Shown piece by piece: positions 29,471 to 39,441 of a stretch of 64,000 nt of DNA. The notes below the pieces were generated by a model, which was not told the origin of the DNA, ran no database searches, and saw only the letters and a program-made list of their open reading frames with translations. Both the position numbers and the translations under genes were made by a program. The number at the start of each line of letters is the position of its first letter. Positions within the stretch are counted from its first letter, which is position 1. The stretch comes from Terriglobia bacterium (GTDB lineage Bacteria > Acidobacteriota > Terriglobia > JAJPHL01 > JAPKYU01): contig CBDBKE010000004.1 of assembly GCA_965206645.1 (NCBI GenBank), positions 1,408,001 to 1,472,000 on the forward strand, given 5' to 3'.

Positions 29471-31246
29471 ATGCGTCGGCTTCGCGGCACGGTGGGACTG
29501 CTGCTACTGCCGTTGCTACTGCCCCTGCTACTGATTGTCGCGGCGCCGGCCCAGGCCGCCCGCCGGGAGCAGCCGCGTCTGGTCCTGCTGGTGGTTATGG
29601 ACCAGTTCCGACAGGACTATTGGGCACGCTTTGGCTCGGCGTTCTTGAAAGCCGCGCCTTCCGGTGCGGCCGGCCTGAAAACCTCGCTCCCCGGCGCTGG
29701 GGGTAAGAAAGCTGTCTCTCCTGGCACGTCTGTCGTCTCCGGCGGCTTGAACCTTCTCTTGAAGGGTGGGGCGGTCTTCGCGAACTGCCATTACCGCCAT
29801 GCCGTTACACTCACGGCGCCCAGCCACGCTACCCTGGCCACAGGCACCTCCCCCAACGCCCATGGGATCATCGGCAACGGCTGGTTTGACCGCGCTGGGG
29901 GCCGGTACACCACCGCCGGACGCGACCCAGTCACCAAGCTGCTCGGCGCTGAAGCGGCTTCGGCCGGCGCCTCGCCCCGCTGGCTCATCGGCTCCACGCT
30001 GGGCGATGAGTTGCACCGAGCGACGGGTGGCCGGGCACGAGTCATTTCGATTTCCCCTAAGGCCCGCGCGGCGATCTTGCTGGGCGGAAGGCGAGCGACG
30101 GCTGCGTACTGGTTGGACTCCAAAACGTTTCACGCGATCAGCTCCACCTATTACATGAAAGAACTACCGGGCTGGGTGCGGGAGTTCAATCGCCAAAGCT
30201 GGGCCGAGCAGTACGCAGGCAAGCGGTGGACACCGGTGGACGAACCCAACGGGAATCCGTTTCTGACATTTCCCCAAGCGACCAATTCGGCCGAACGGCG
30301 GAGGCTGGCGCATGCGATCCGTTGGTCTCCCTTTCTCACGGAGGTCCAATTCGCGCTGGCTCGGGCCGCAGTGGAGCACGAAGGACTGGGCCGCGGGCCG
30401 GCGACCGACCTGCTGGCCCTCAGCGTTTCGGCCATTGATCTGGTGGGACACGTCTATGGCCCGGATGCCCCCCAGACTCGCGATGCGATCTTGCGCGCCG
30501 ATCGCAATCTCGCCGAGTTCCTGGGGTTTCTGGAGCAACGCATTGGATTGCGCCACGTCTGGATCGCGCTCAGCACCGACCACGGCGTTGCGCCCATACC
30601 TGAGCTAGCTCGTCAGCGAGGTCTGGATGCTGGACGCGTTTCCTACCAGGAGGTAGTACAGAAGGTCGAAACCCGGTTACGCCAGGTTTACGCAGCCAGC
30701 CCGGACAGCAGCTCCGGCGCGGCGAATCCGAAGTGGGTGGTGAACTACTCGGTACCACATCTGTACTTAAACCATGCGCTTGTCCGCAAGCACCGGCTCA
30801 ACCCAGATGAGGTGGCGCGCTGTGCGGCCGAGGCCCTGCTGGAATTGCCGGGCCTGGCAGCCGTATTCACACGCGCGGAGCTGACTGGCTGCCGGCCCGG
30901 GCCGGAACTGTCGGGCAAAGTCTGCCTGTCGTATCATCCGGACCGAGGCGGCGACCTCTACCTGGTTTTCAAGCGGTACTGGATGAACGAACTATCAGCC
31001 ATACCCAAGGGCACGACGCACGGTTCGCCCCATGACTATGACACGCATGTGCCGTTGATTCTCTGGGGCCGCCCTTTCCGCGCAGGCACCTATGAGGCAC
31101 CGGTCTCTCCGGCCGATCTCCCGGTGACACTGGCCGCCGCGCTGGGAATCCGGGCCCCTTCGCTGGCCACCGGCCGCGTCTTGACCAAAGCTCTGAAACG
31201 CGAGACCCGAAATCCGAAATCCGATGAATCCCGACCTGTCCACTGA
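29471..31246 (+). CDS. Alkaline phosphatase superfamily protein (PafA/nucleotide pyrophosphatase-like), secreted
   Basis: Signal peptide; [50 protein letters not shown]. Confidence 0.88.
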   Translation: MRRLRGTVGLLLLPLLLPLLLIVAAPAQAARREQPRLVLLVVMDQFRQDYWARFGSAFLKAAPSGAAGLKTSLPGAGGKKAVSPGTSVVSGGLNLLLKGGAVFANCHYRHAVTLTAPSHATLATGTSPNAHGIIGNGWFDRAGGRYTTAGRDPVTKLLGAEAASAGASPRWLIGSTLGDELHRATGGRARVISISPKARAAILLGGRRATAAYWLDSKTFHAISSTYYMKELPGWVREFNRQSWAEQYAGKRWTPVDEPNGNPFLTFPQATNSAERRRLAHAIRWSPFLTEVQFALARAAVEHEGLGRGPATDLLALSVSAIDLVGHVYGPDAPQTRDAILRADRNLAEFLGFLEQRIGLRHVWIALSTDHGVAPIPELARQRGLDAGRVSYQEVVQKVETRLRQVYAASPDSSSGAANPKWVVNYSVPHLYLNHALVRKHRLNPDEVARCAAEALLELPGLAAVFTRAELTGCRPGPELSGKVCLSYHPDRGGDLYLVFKRYWMNELSAIPKGTTHGSPHDYDTHVPLILWGRPFRAGTYEAPVSPADLPVTLAAALGIRAPSLATGRVLTKALKRETRNPKSDESRPVH

Positions 31247-32168
31247 GATCGCCGGCGTGCGGCTGAAAAACCCGGTGATCGCCGCCAGCGGCACGTTCGC
31301 TTACGGCGTGGAGTTCGCACACCTGGTGGACTTGAACCGGCTCGGCGGGCTGGTGGTGAAGGGGCTCTCGCGCGAGCCAATGGCGGGCCATCCGGCTCCA
31401 CGCCTTCACGAGACTGCTTCGGGAATGCTGAACGCCGTCGGCCTGCAGAACATCGGGGCGGCCGCGTTTATCCGCGAGAAACTGCCGGAGCTGGGCCGCT
31501 GCGACACAGCCGTCTTCGCCAATGTGTTCGGATACGCCACCGAAGATTACGCGGAGGTGATCCGCATCCTGGAGCAGGGGGAAGGGCTGGCCGGCTACGA
31601 GCTGAACGTGTCCTGCCCCAATACCAGGCATGGAGGCATCAGCTTTGGCGCCGACCCGCGGCTGACTCATGAGGTGACTGCGGCGGCGCGGCGGGTCTCC
31701 TCCCGCCCGCTCATCGTCAAGCTCTCGCCGAACGTCACCGACATCACTACCTTTGCCCGGGCGGCGGCCGAGGCCGGCGCCGACGCACTGTCGTTAGTCA
31801 ACACCTTCGTTGGCATGGCTATTGATCTGGCCGAGAGGCGGCCAGTGCTCTCCAACGTGACCGGGGGGCTTTCCGGACCTGCTATCAAACCGATCGCGTT
31901 GCGCATGGTCTATCAGGCCGCCCAAGCCGTGCGCTTGCCCATCATTGGTCTGGGCGGTATTTGGACCGGCCGCGATGCTCTGGAATTTATGGTTGCCGGG
32001 GCGGCGGCCGTGCAGGTCGGCACTGCCTCCTTCGCCGATCCGTGCGCCACCCTTCGCATCATTGGCGAGATGGAAGACTACTGCCGCCACCACGGTGTCG
32101 CCTCGGTGCGCTCCCTCATCGGGACCCTGCGTGCAGAAGCTCGTGAAGACTTGGCAACGGGAATCTAG
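31224..32168 (+). CDS. pyrD: Dihydroorotate dehydrogenase (family 1)
   Basis: [34 protein letters not shown]. Confidence 0.95.
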   Translation: MNPDLSTEIAGVRLKNPVIAASGTFAYGVEFAHLVDLNRLGGLVVKGLSREPMAGHPAPRLHETASGMLNAVGLQNIGAAAFIREKLPELGRCDTAVFANVFGYATEDYAEVIRILEQGEGLAGYELNVSCPNTRHGGISFGADPRLTHEVTAAARRVSSRPLIVKLSPNVTDITTFARAAAEAGADALSLVNTFVGMAIDLAERRPVLSNVTGGLSGPAIKPIALRMVYQAAQAVRLPIIGLGGIWTGRDALEFMVAGAAAVQVGTASFADPCATLRIIGEMEDYCRHHGVASVRSLIGTLRAEAREDLATGI

Positions 32169-32233
32169 GATTGTTCTTCGGGTCTGGAGGAGCAAGATGT
32201 CCCCAGGCACCAGCGGGCCCGTGAGCGTCGTGG

Positions 32234-32452
32234 CTAGCGGTAGCGGTAGGTAATGCGGCCGCGGCCCAGGTCGTAGGGGGTAAGCTCCAGCGCTACGCGG
32301 TCTCCGGCAAGAATGCGAATGCGGTTTTTTCTGAGCCTGCCCGAAAGATGGGCCAATGCGGTTCTGTTCTCTCCGAAGCGAACGCTGAAGACGCCGCCGG
32401 GAAACTTCTCGATCACCACACCCTCCACGCTGATCAGGTCTTCTCTACTCAT
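32234..32452 (-). CDS. infA: Translation initiation factor IF-1
   Basis: AHLSGRLRKNRIRILAGDRV...PYDLGRGRITYR. Confidence 0.96.
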   Translation of the reverse strand: MSREDLISVEGVVIEKFPGGVFSVRFGENRTALAHLSGRLRKNRIRILAGDRVALELTPYDLGRGRITYRYR

Positions 32453-32559
32453 TCATACCCTTGCTGGTCATTCACACTCCTGCTGGTTCGCTATTATACT
32501 CGAAACACCACCACCCGTGCCGTGCCGCAAGGCGTATTTGAAAAGGAGGGAGGCGTCCA

Positions 32560-33558
32560 ATGGCCAAGGCGGGGAAGACGCAGTCGAAGGCGGTGGGCAA
32601 GCGCGCGCCCGCGCGACGCACGCCGCGCAAGGCAGCACCTCGATCCCGCGGATTCGAACCGCAGGACTGCCGCCTGGAGGCACCGCCGCAGGCACTGGCG
32701 GAGGCCGCCAGCCGCGTGGAGAAGGAGGCGGGGGTCGTTGTGGGTACCTACCGCGACCCTCTCGGTGGCCAGCCGCTGTTGTTCGCGATCCTGCCCATTG
32801 ACAGGATTGAGCCGACTCCTTTCCAACGGGATCTTTCCCAGGCTCATCACCGGCGGCTGGCCGATGTGATTCAAAAGATCGGCCTGTTTCTGGATCCAGT
32901 TATCGCTGTTCCTGCTCCTGAGAGAGGGCTTTGGACTCCCAACGGCCGCCATCGCCTGGAAGCGATGCGTCGCCTGGGTGCCAAAGCCATTACCGCGCTG
33001 GTGGTCCCCAACCGCGAGGTGGCCTGGCAAATTCTGGCCCTGAACACCGAGAAGGCGCACAACCTCCGGGAGCGTTCGCTGGAAGTGATCCGCATCTACA
33101 AAGGGCTGCTGGAAGAGGACGGCGCACGCGCCGAACGCACCTTTGCCTTTTATCTCGAGGAAGCGGCGCTGGTGACTCTCGGCCTTTGCTACGAGAGGAA
33201 AGGCAACTTTGCCGGTGGGGCCTATCACCCAATCCTCCGGCGGCTGGAAACTTTCCTCGGCGAGCCGCTGTGCCAGGCGATCCACGAGCACGAAAGACGC
33301 GCCGAACTGTTGTTTGACCTGGAAGAGCGGGTGGCCGAGGCTGTTTCCCAGCTCAGGCAGCGGGGCCTGGTGAGCCCCTATCTGCGGGCGTTCGTGGTGG
33401 CCCGGATCAATCCGCTGCGCTGGATCAAAGGCGAGCCGCCGCCTTTGGAGCAGGTGTTGAAGACAATGCGAGACCGCGCGGCTCGGTTCAATGCGGACCG
33501 GGTCAAGCAACAGGATCTCACCCGCATCTCCGGGGCTCCCCCCGAAGAAGGGGAATAG
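32560..33558 (+). CDS. ParB/Srx N-terminal domain protein (stand-alone)
   Basis: IEPTPFQRD, LDPVIAV, PNGRHRLEAM (G-x-H-R), ALNTEK. Confidence 0.75.
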   Translation: MAKAGKTQSKAVGKRAPARRTPRKAAPRSRGFEPQDCRLEAPPQALAEAASRVEKEAGVVVGTYRDPLGGQPLLFAILPIDRIEPTPFQRDLSQAHHRRLADVIQKIGLFLDPVIAVPAPERGLWTPNGRHRLEAMRRLGAKAITALVVPNREVAWQILALNTEKAHNLRERSLEVIRIYKGLLEEDGARAERTFAFYLEEAALVTLGLCYERKGNFAGGAYHPILRRLETFLGEPLCQAIHEHERRAELLFDLEERVAEAVSQLRQRGLVSPYLRAFVVARINPLRWIKGEPPPLEQVLKTMRDRAARFNADRVKQQDLTRISGAPPEEGE

Positions 33559-33704
33559 TCCGAATCCAGGGTGACGAATGCCGGACACCTCCTGTTCTCG
33601 CCTGTCTTACCGTCCCTTTCACCTTTTGTTGCCAGTTTGCTAAGATTCCATGAGGAGAGGGACGCTCAGCAGGGCGATTCCGAATCCTACGGGAGCTGCT
33701 TCTT

Positions 33705-35582
33705 ATGGATCGTGTCGCCAACAGTTTGCCTGTCGCTCTTCACAACGTCGCCACTCAACTGCGGATTGATTCCGTTGAAGCTACCACTGCTGCGGGTAGC
33801 GGGCATCCTACCAGTTGCCTGTCGGCGTCGGAAGTCATGGCGACGCTGTTTTTCTCCGTCATGCGCCTGGACCCCTCCGACCCCCGAAACCCCGCCAGTG
33901 ACAGATTTGTCCTCTCCAAAGGCCATGCTGCCCCGATCCTGTATTCGGCCTGGGCAGAGCTGGGGTACTTTTCGCGGGAGAAGCTGCTGACCCTGCGGCA
34001 GCTGGATTCGGACCTGGAGGGTCATCCCACGCCGCTTCTGCCCTTTGTGGCCGTACCGACTGGCTCGTTGGGCCAGGGGCTGCCGGTGGGTGTGGGGATG
34101 GCCTTGAGCGCGCGCCTGGACGGCAGTGACTATCGCACCTATGTCTTGATGGGCGATGGGGAAACAATGGAAGGATCGGTTTGGGAAGCGGCCGCCGTAG
34201 CCACCTTCTATGGCATGGATAACCTGTGCGCCATTGTGGACGTCAACCGCTTGGGCCAAAGTGGGCCCACCATGCTGCAACACGAACTGGAAATCTTTCG
34301 GCAACGGTGGGAAGCCTTCGGCTGGAATGCCCTTGCCGTGGACGGCCACGATGTCTCGCAATTGCTGGAAGCTTTTAAGAACGCACGGAACACTAAAAAC
34401 CGCCCCACCGCGATTCTGGCGCGGACCTGGAAAGGCAAGGGAGTCTCGTCTCTAGAGAACAAAGAAGGCTGGCATGGGAAGGCCCTCAAGAGAGGAGAGG
34501 AGAGCGAAGCGGCGTTGAGCGAGCTGCGGGCGCAATTCATGTCCTATGACGGTGCCAGAGCCTGGCCCGCACCACCGCAAAAGCCCCAGCGGGCTGCCGC
34601 CACCGAGCCCGTTGCACTTCCCCGGCCGGAGTATGATCCTGGCAAGCCCGTCGCTACTCGGGAAGCCTTCGGGCAGGCGCTGGCTCGGCTGGGCGAACTG
34701 GACTTGCGCGTCGTGTCCCTGGATGGCGATGTCAAGAATTCCACCCATACGGAAATGTTTCAGGGGGTGGTGCCCGCCCGCTTCGTGGAAGGCTATATCG
34801 CCGAACAGAATATGGTTGGGATGGCGATGGGTCTGGCGGCCTCCGGAAAGGTCCCCTTCGCTGCCACGTTCGCCTGTTTTCTGACTCGGGCCGCGGACTT
34901 CATTCGCCTGGCCGGCCTGGCGAAATCCAACATCAAGTTTGTCGGCACTCACGCCGGCGTTTCCATCGGCGAGGACGGCGCGTCCCAAATGGGGTTGGAA
35001 GACCTAGCCTTGTTCCGGGCCGTGCCGGACTCAGTGGTGCTGTATCCGAGCGATGCCGTCAGCACCTGGCACGCGGTCCGGCTGGTGGCCCGACACCAGG
35101 GGCTTTGCTACGTTCGCACGGGGCGGCCCAAGGCGCCGATTCTTTACTCCAATGACGAGACCTTCGCTATTGGAAAAGCGAAAGTGGTTCGCCAGAGCGA
35201 CACCGATGCGCTCGCTGTGGTGGCCGCCGGGGTGACCCTGTTCGAGGCCCTGCACGCCTACGACGAACTCAAGAAGGACAACATCGCGTTGCGGGTCGTG
35301 GATTTGTTCAGCGTTCTTCCCGTGGACACGGAAACCCTGCTGGCAACTGCACGAGCCGCCAACAATACTGTGATCACTGTGGAGGATCACTACGCGGCGG
35401 GCGGAGTGGGAGACGCGGTTGCGGAAGCGCTGGGGCCCCACGGCGTGCGTTTGTATCGGCTGGCGGTACGCCAGATTCCCCACAGCGGCAAACCCGAGGA
35501 ACTGCTCCACTGCTACGAGATTGATGCCGCGGCCATCCTCAAGCAGGTGCGTGCTGCGTTGGCAACGTCTGCCAAACTCTAG
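33705..35582 (+). CDS. tkt: Transketolase
   Basis: SGHPTS, LSKGHA, EGHP, GSLGQG, GDGE..EG ThDP motif, IGEDGASQM. Confidence 0.95.
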   Translation: MDRVANSLPVALHNVATQLRIDSVEATTAAGSGHPTSCLSASEVMATLFFSVMRLDPSDPRNPASDRFVLSKGHAAPILYSAWAELGYFSREKLLTLRQLDSDLEGHPTPLLPFVAVPTGSLGQGLPVGVGMALSARLDGSDYRTYVLMGDGETMEGSVWEAAAVATFYGMDNLCAIVDVNRLGQSGPTMLQHELEIFRQRWEAFGWNALAVDGHDVSQLLEAFKNARNTKNRPTAILARTWKGKGVSSLENKEGWHGKALKRGEESEAALSELRAQFMSYDGARAWPAPPQKPQRAAATEPVALPRPEYDPGKPVATREAFGQALARLGELDLRVVSLDGDVKNSTHTEMFQGVVPARFVEGYIAEQNMVGMAMGLAASGKVPFAATFACFLTRAADFIRLAGLAKSNIKFVGTHAGVSIGEDGASQMGLEDLALFRAVPDSVVLYPSDAVSTWHAVRLVARHQGLCYVRTGRPKAPILYSNDETFAIGKAKVVRQSDTDALAVVAAGVTLFEALHAYDELKKDNIALRVVDLFSVLPVDTETLLATARAANNTVITVEDHYAAGGVGDAVAEALGPHGVRLYRLAVRQIPHSGKPEELLHCYEIDAAAILKQVRAALATSAKL

Positions 35583-35710
35583 GCGCCAGAAACGGGTGGC
35601 GGTGCGAGGGCTCTCGTCGAAACTTCCTCGGAATGAAGCCGGTCTCGAAGCAGGCGGCAGAGTCGACAGCGCCAGCGACCTCCTGATCCAATCCGCTCAA
35701 CTCCAGGAAA

Positions 35711-37297
35711 CTACGGGATTTCTCCGATCGGTGCTTCCTGGCTCCAGAGCGCGTGCATAAAGTCGTACAGGCTACCGCTCACCGAGACCTTGTAGGGGGT
35801 TGGATTCAGAGGGCGCACATGATCCTGGCGCAAAGAGGCAAGTTGCTCGAGGCAATGCGCCCGCACCTGCTTTAGAGCGGGGAAGGACGCCAACAGCCGT
35901 CCGTCCCAGACGCACTGCTGCAAGGGGAACACCTGGTCCGGAGTGACGTGGGCCCGCTTGGTTTCGTCAAACGGGTGCCGGCACTGAAGGCGCTTGCCAG
36001 CTTCAGGAGCCTCCTCTCCGGCGCGAATCAGCAGGTCAAGCACAGGCTGCCCGTTGGTCCCCACCAGCCGATATGCCTCTTTCCGTCCTGGAATCGTCAT
36101 TTTGCTGACGTCTTCGGAGAGCTTGATGCGCGCCTTGCCTCTCACCTCTACCAGCTTGTAAACACAGCCCAGCGACGGCTGCGCTTCGCATGTCACCAGA
36201 TGGGTCCCGACGCCGAAGACGTCAATCTCGTGCCCCTGCTGGTTCAGCGACAGCAGTGTTCGTTCGTTGATTTCGTTGCTGGCGGTAATGGTCAGCGGCG
36301 CGAAGTCCACCGAGTAGCGCTCGCCCGCCTGCCGGAACATCCTCTTGGTTTGCTTGGAAAGGTAGGAGAGGTCGCCAGAATCGAGTCGCACGCCAACAGG
36401 TCTGTAGCCCATCCGGTCCAGGGCCAGGGCCACGCAGAGGAAGTTCGGTACGCCGGAGTTTAGCGTGTCATAGGTATCCACCAGCGCCAGAAAACTCCTG
36501 GGGAACGCCTGAGCGTAGGCAATAAACGCCGCCAGTTCCCCTTCGTTGGTTTTCGTAAAATTCAGATCCTTGCGATAGCCGAGTGCGGCTGCGACCAGAT
36601 CCTGGGGCTGGCTTTGGGGATCCAGAACCGTCCGCTCCTTCAGCTCCTCCAGGCTCGAAAAGGAAGACACAAAGGAATGTGCGTGCGTTCCCCGGGCAGG
36701 AATTCCGAACAGTTGGCCCGCCAGGACATTGCTGGTGGCGTCGAACCCTCCGATCGAGGAATAGCGCGAAGCCGACACGCCGCCATCGGGTCCCTGCGCC
36801 CGGCGCACGCCAAATTCCAGCAGCACCTTTTCCGGGCCTGCGGCCAAGCGGAAGCGGGACGCGTTGGTGGCGACCAGGCTGGGGTAGTTCACCAGGCTCA
36901 ACAAGGTGGTCTCCAGCAACTGGGCCACGGCCAGCGGCCCTTCGACCCGCAGCAACGGGATTCGGGGAAAGACCACCGAGCCCTCCTGGATGGCGTAAAT
37001 TTTGACCTGCGAACAGTCCCTAGCGCGCAGCCAGGTGAAGAACTCCGGCTCGCAGTGCGGCATCAGCGACCGCAGATACTCGATTTGCTCGTCGCTGAAC
37101 TCGAAGCTGCTCAGGTGCCGCAGCGCTTCTTCGAGGCCTGCGAAAACGACAAACTCTCCGCCAAATGGGCACTGCCGGAAAAACAGATCAAACACCGCCA
37201 GATCGTTGTGCCGCTCGCTCTTCCAGTAGCCATAGGCCATGGTCAACTGATACAGGTCAGTCAGCAGCGGACCCACCAGAGGATTTGTCGGCTTCAT
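35711..37297 (-). CDS. pncB: Nicotinate phosphoribosyltransferase
   Basis: LLTDLYQLTM, EFGVRRAQG, GTHAHS, LVDTYD, RLDSGD. Confidence 0.95.
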   Translation of the reverse strand: MKPTNPLVGPLLTDLYQLTMAYGYWKSERHNDLAVFDLFFRQCPFGGEFVVFAGLEEALRHLSSFEFSDEQIEYLRSLMPHCEPEFFTWLRARDCSQVKIYAIQEGSVVFPRIPLLRVEGPLAVAQLLETTLLSLVNYPSLVATNASRFRLAAGPEKVLLEFGVRRAQGPDGGVSASRYSSIGGFDATSNVLAGQLFGIPARGTHAHSFVSSFSSLEELKERTVLDPQSQPQDLVAAALGYRKDLNFTKTNEGELAAFIAYAQAFPRSFLALVDTYDTLNSGVPNFLCVALALDRMGYRPVGVRLDSGDLSYLSKQTKRMFRQAGERYSVDFAPLTITASNEINERTLLSLNQQGHEIDVFGVGTHLVTCEAQPSLGCVYKLVEVRGKARIKLSEDVSKMTIPGRKEAYRLVGTNGQPVLDLLIRAGEEAPEAGKRLQCRHPFDETKRAHVTPDQVFPLQQCVWDGRLLASFPALKQVRAHCLEQLASLRQDHVRPLNPTPYKVSVSGSLYDFMHALWSQEAPIGEIP

Positions 37298-37381
37298 TCT
37301 TTCAAACCTTCGTCATGTTTAAGTTTGTCTCTCTGAGATATGCGTGAATTATCGTCTTAGTGATGCGTACTCTTTCAGATA

Positions 37382-38065
37382 TCAGAGAATTCTTACAATC
37401 ATGGGCTTGCGTTTCGTAAATCGGTACAACGCGGCGGGTCGATAGGCACCCCCCAACCGCGTCCTGCCGGTGGATACCACAAGGTCAAGAGATAATATCC
37501 TCTTTCGGAAATTGCGCTTGTCCAGCGTTTTTCCCAAGATTGCCTGGTAGACGCTTTGCAGCTCGCTCAGGGTAAAGGTTTCTGGCAACAGGCTCCATGC
37601 AACGTTGGTGTATTCGAGTTTCCAGCGAAGGCGCTGCACAGCGTACTGAATCACTTGAGCGTGGTCATAAGCTAGCCCGAGTAATGCGTTCACGGGAAAC
37701 CAATCGACCCCGCCGTATTTGGGGGATGTTTTTAGGCCCGGACCTTCCGGGTTGAGTAAAGCAAAGTACACGGTGGAGACCGCCCGGCGCGTTTTGTCCC
37801 GCCGGACCTCGCCGAACGTGTAGAGTTGCTCCAGGTATACGTTTTTCACTCCCGTCTGCTCGGCCAGCTCCCGGTAAGCCGCCTGGTCGAGGGACTCGGT
37901 GGGGCGGATGATCCCCCCCGGCAAAGCCCACAGGCCGGAATACGGTTTTTTCTTCACTTTGATGAGCAGAATCCTCAGCCGCCCTTCGACCACGGTGAGA
38001 ATGGCCACATCCACCGCAACGACAGGGATGCGAGGGTCGAGGCGGGCCGGCAGGCCTTTGCGCAT
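37382..38065 (-). CDS. nrtR: NrtR: Nudix + winged-helix regulator of NAD metabolism
   Basis: WALPGG..ESLDQAAYREL, YLEQLYTFG, LAYDH, FTLSELQ..DKRNFRKR, RPAALY. Confidence 0.92.
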   Translation of the reverse strand: MRKGLPARLDPRIPVVAVDVAILTVVEGRLRILLIKVKKKPYSGLWALPGGIIRPTESLDQAAYRELAEQTGVKNVYLEQLYTFGEVRRDKTRRAVSTVYFALLNPEGPGLKTSPKYGGVDWFPVNALLGLAYDHAQVIQYAVQRLRWKLEYTNVAWSLLPETFTLSELQSVYQAILGKTLDKRNFRKRILSLDLVVSTGRTRLGGAYRPAALYRFTKRKPMIVRIL

Positions 38066-38106
38066 GGGACGGAGAGACGGCGTGCGGGGAGGAACTGTGG
38101 CGCCTT

Positions 38107-39168
38107 TTATTGGATTTCAGTCATCCGCTGAATGGCCTGCCGGGAGCGTTCGGCAATTTCAGGCGCGACCCGAACTTCAAAGGAGGGATCCGCGTCCTCT
38201 TTCAGGCAGGTCAGTAACCCCTCCAGCGTGATCATTTTCATGTATTCGCACAAAGCCTGCGAGGAAACGGGCCAGAAGATTTTCTCCGGGATCTCCCGCC
38301 GCAGACGGTACACAATGCCTGACTCGGTGGCCACAATGAACTCTTGCGCAGCCGAATCGCGAGCACGAGCAATCATCCCTTCGGTGGAGAGAAAGGAGAT
38401 TCTGTCTGCCTGCCCGGCCGCCATGCGCGCCAGGCAGGAGGAGGTGCAACCACACTCCGGATGAATCAACAGTTCCGCGTTCGGGTGGTGCTCCGTGGCG
38501 TCCTCAATGGCGTGTTCGCCGATTTTTTGGTGGACATGGCAGGCGCCGTCCCAAACATGCATCTCTGCCGGACCCATTCCGAGTTCCCGCATGACGTGAG
38601 CCGCCAGATAGCGGTCGGGCAGGAAGAGGATCGGGGATTTGGGATACGCCCTGCGGACGTGGCCGACGACCGCCGAAGCGTTGCGCGAAGTGCAAATATA
38701 GTCGCTCTCGGCTTTGGTGAGATCATCGGTATTGATATAGGAGACGACTTTGCCGTGCGGATACTTTTCTTTCCAGCGTTGGATGGTCGGCAGCGAGACG
38801 GAGGAAACCAGCGAGCAGCCGGCGCGGGCGGGAACCAGGACCCGCCGGTTGGGCAGCAAGATCTTGGCGGTTTTGGCCATGAACTCCACCGAGCAAAAAA
38901 CAATGGTTCGATGGTGAGTGTCTTTGGCCTTCATCGTCAGCCCATACGAGTCCCCGATGTGCCCGGCCACCCCGGCAATTTCCTGCAGTTCCGGGAGTTG
39001 GTAGTTATGGACGAGGAGCAGGACGTCTTTTTGTCTTAGAAGCTCCAGTGTCTGGTTGGCCAGATCGGCCAGTCGGGTGCATTCGTCCCGACTATAGTGT
39101 CCCGGATAGATGTCGCTGGCCTTGGAGGAAAACAGCTCCCAAAAGCCGGCTCCCTTGAAGTGTCCCAT
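38107..39168 (-). CDS. nadA: Quinolinate synthase
   Basis: HNYQ, GDS, FCSVEFM, GCSL, YINT, CTSRNA, FLPD, CHVH, HPEC, CEYMK. Confidence 0.93.
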   Translation of the reverse strand: MGHFKGAGFWELFSSKASDIYPGHYSRDECTRLADLANQTLELLRQKDVLLLVHNYQLPELQEIAGVAGHIGDSYGLTMKAKDTHHRTIVFCSVEFMAKTAKILLPNRRVLVPARAGCSLVSSVSLPTIQRWKEKYPHGKVVSYINTDDLTKAESDYICTSRNASAVVGHVRRAYPKSPILFLPDRYLAAHVMRELGMGPAEMHVWDGACHVHQKIGEHAIEDATEHHPNAELLIHPECGCTSSCLARMAAGQADRISFLSTEGMIARARDSAAQEFIVATESGIVYRLRREIPEKIFWPVSSQALCEYMKMITLEGLLTCLKEDADPSFEVRVAPEIAERSRQAIQRMTEIQ

Positions 39169-39192
39169 GTGCGGATCTCCCGCGCCAACTTC

Positions 39193-39213
39193 TTAGTGTA
39201 CAATGTACACCAA
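39193..39213. promoter_or_regulatory. NrtR operator (21-bp palindrome, GT-N7-AC core)
   Basis: TTAGTGTACAATGTACACCAA, one mismatch from a perfect palindrome, about 25 nt upstream of nadA-nrtR-pncB. Confidence 0.85.
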
Positions 39214-39272
39214 GTGAGCGTACACTTTTTTATTCCTGGTGTCAAGCCCCCGGAATCGGGTGCTACCGATCG

Positions 39273-39325
39273 GGTCGGGTCAGCCGGATCGGGTGAGCCA
39301 GGTCGGGTGAGCCAGGTCGGGTGAG
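39273..39325. repeat. ~3.8 x 14-bp tandem repeat (GGTCGGGTGAGCCA)
   Basis: Read directly from the sequence. Confidence 0.85.
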
Positions 39326-39441
39326 ATTGCGGAGCCCGTGCCCTAGGCGGCAGCCCAGAGCGATACCCACACACCCGCTACCAGCGTGTGGAGATCAAGA
39401 AGCCGGGGCAACGCCAGGAAGAACCAATTTCCTTTTGCCCG

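Noticed and set aside
32648-32662. GGTTCGAATCC (tRNA T-loop-like) on the minus strand
   Set aside because: Lies inside the ParB-like CDS and no cloverleaf can be built around it.
37349-37369. Possible second NrtR box before pncB (TTATC-GT-N7-AT-GCGTA)
   Set aside because: Poor palindrome and the core AC is missing.
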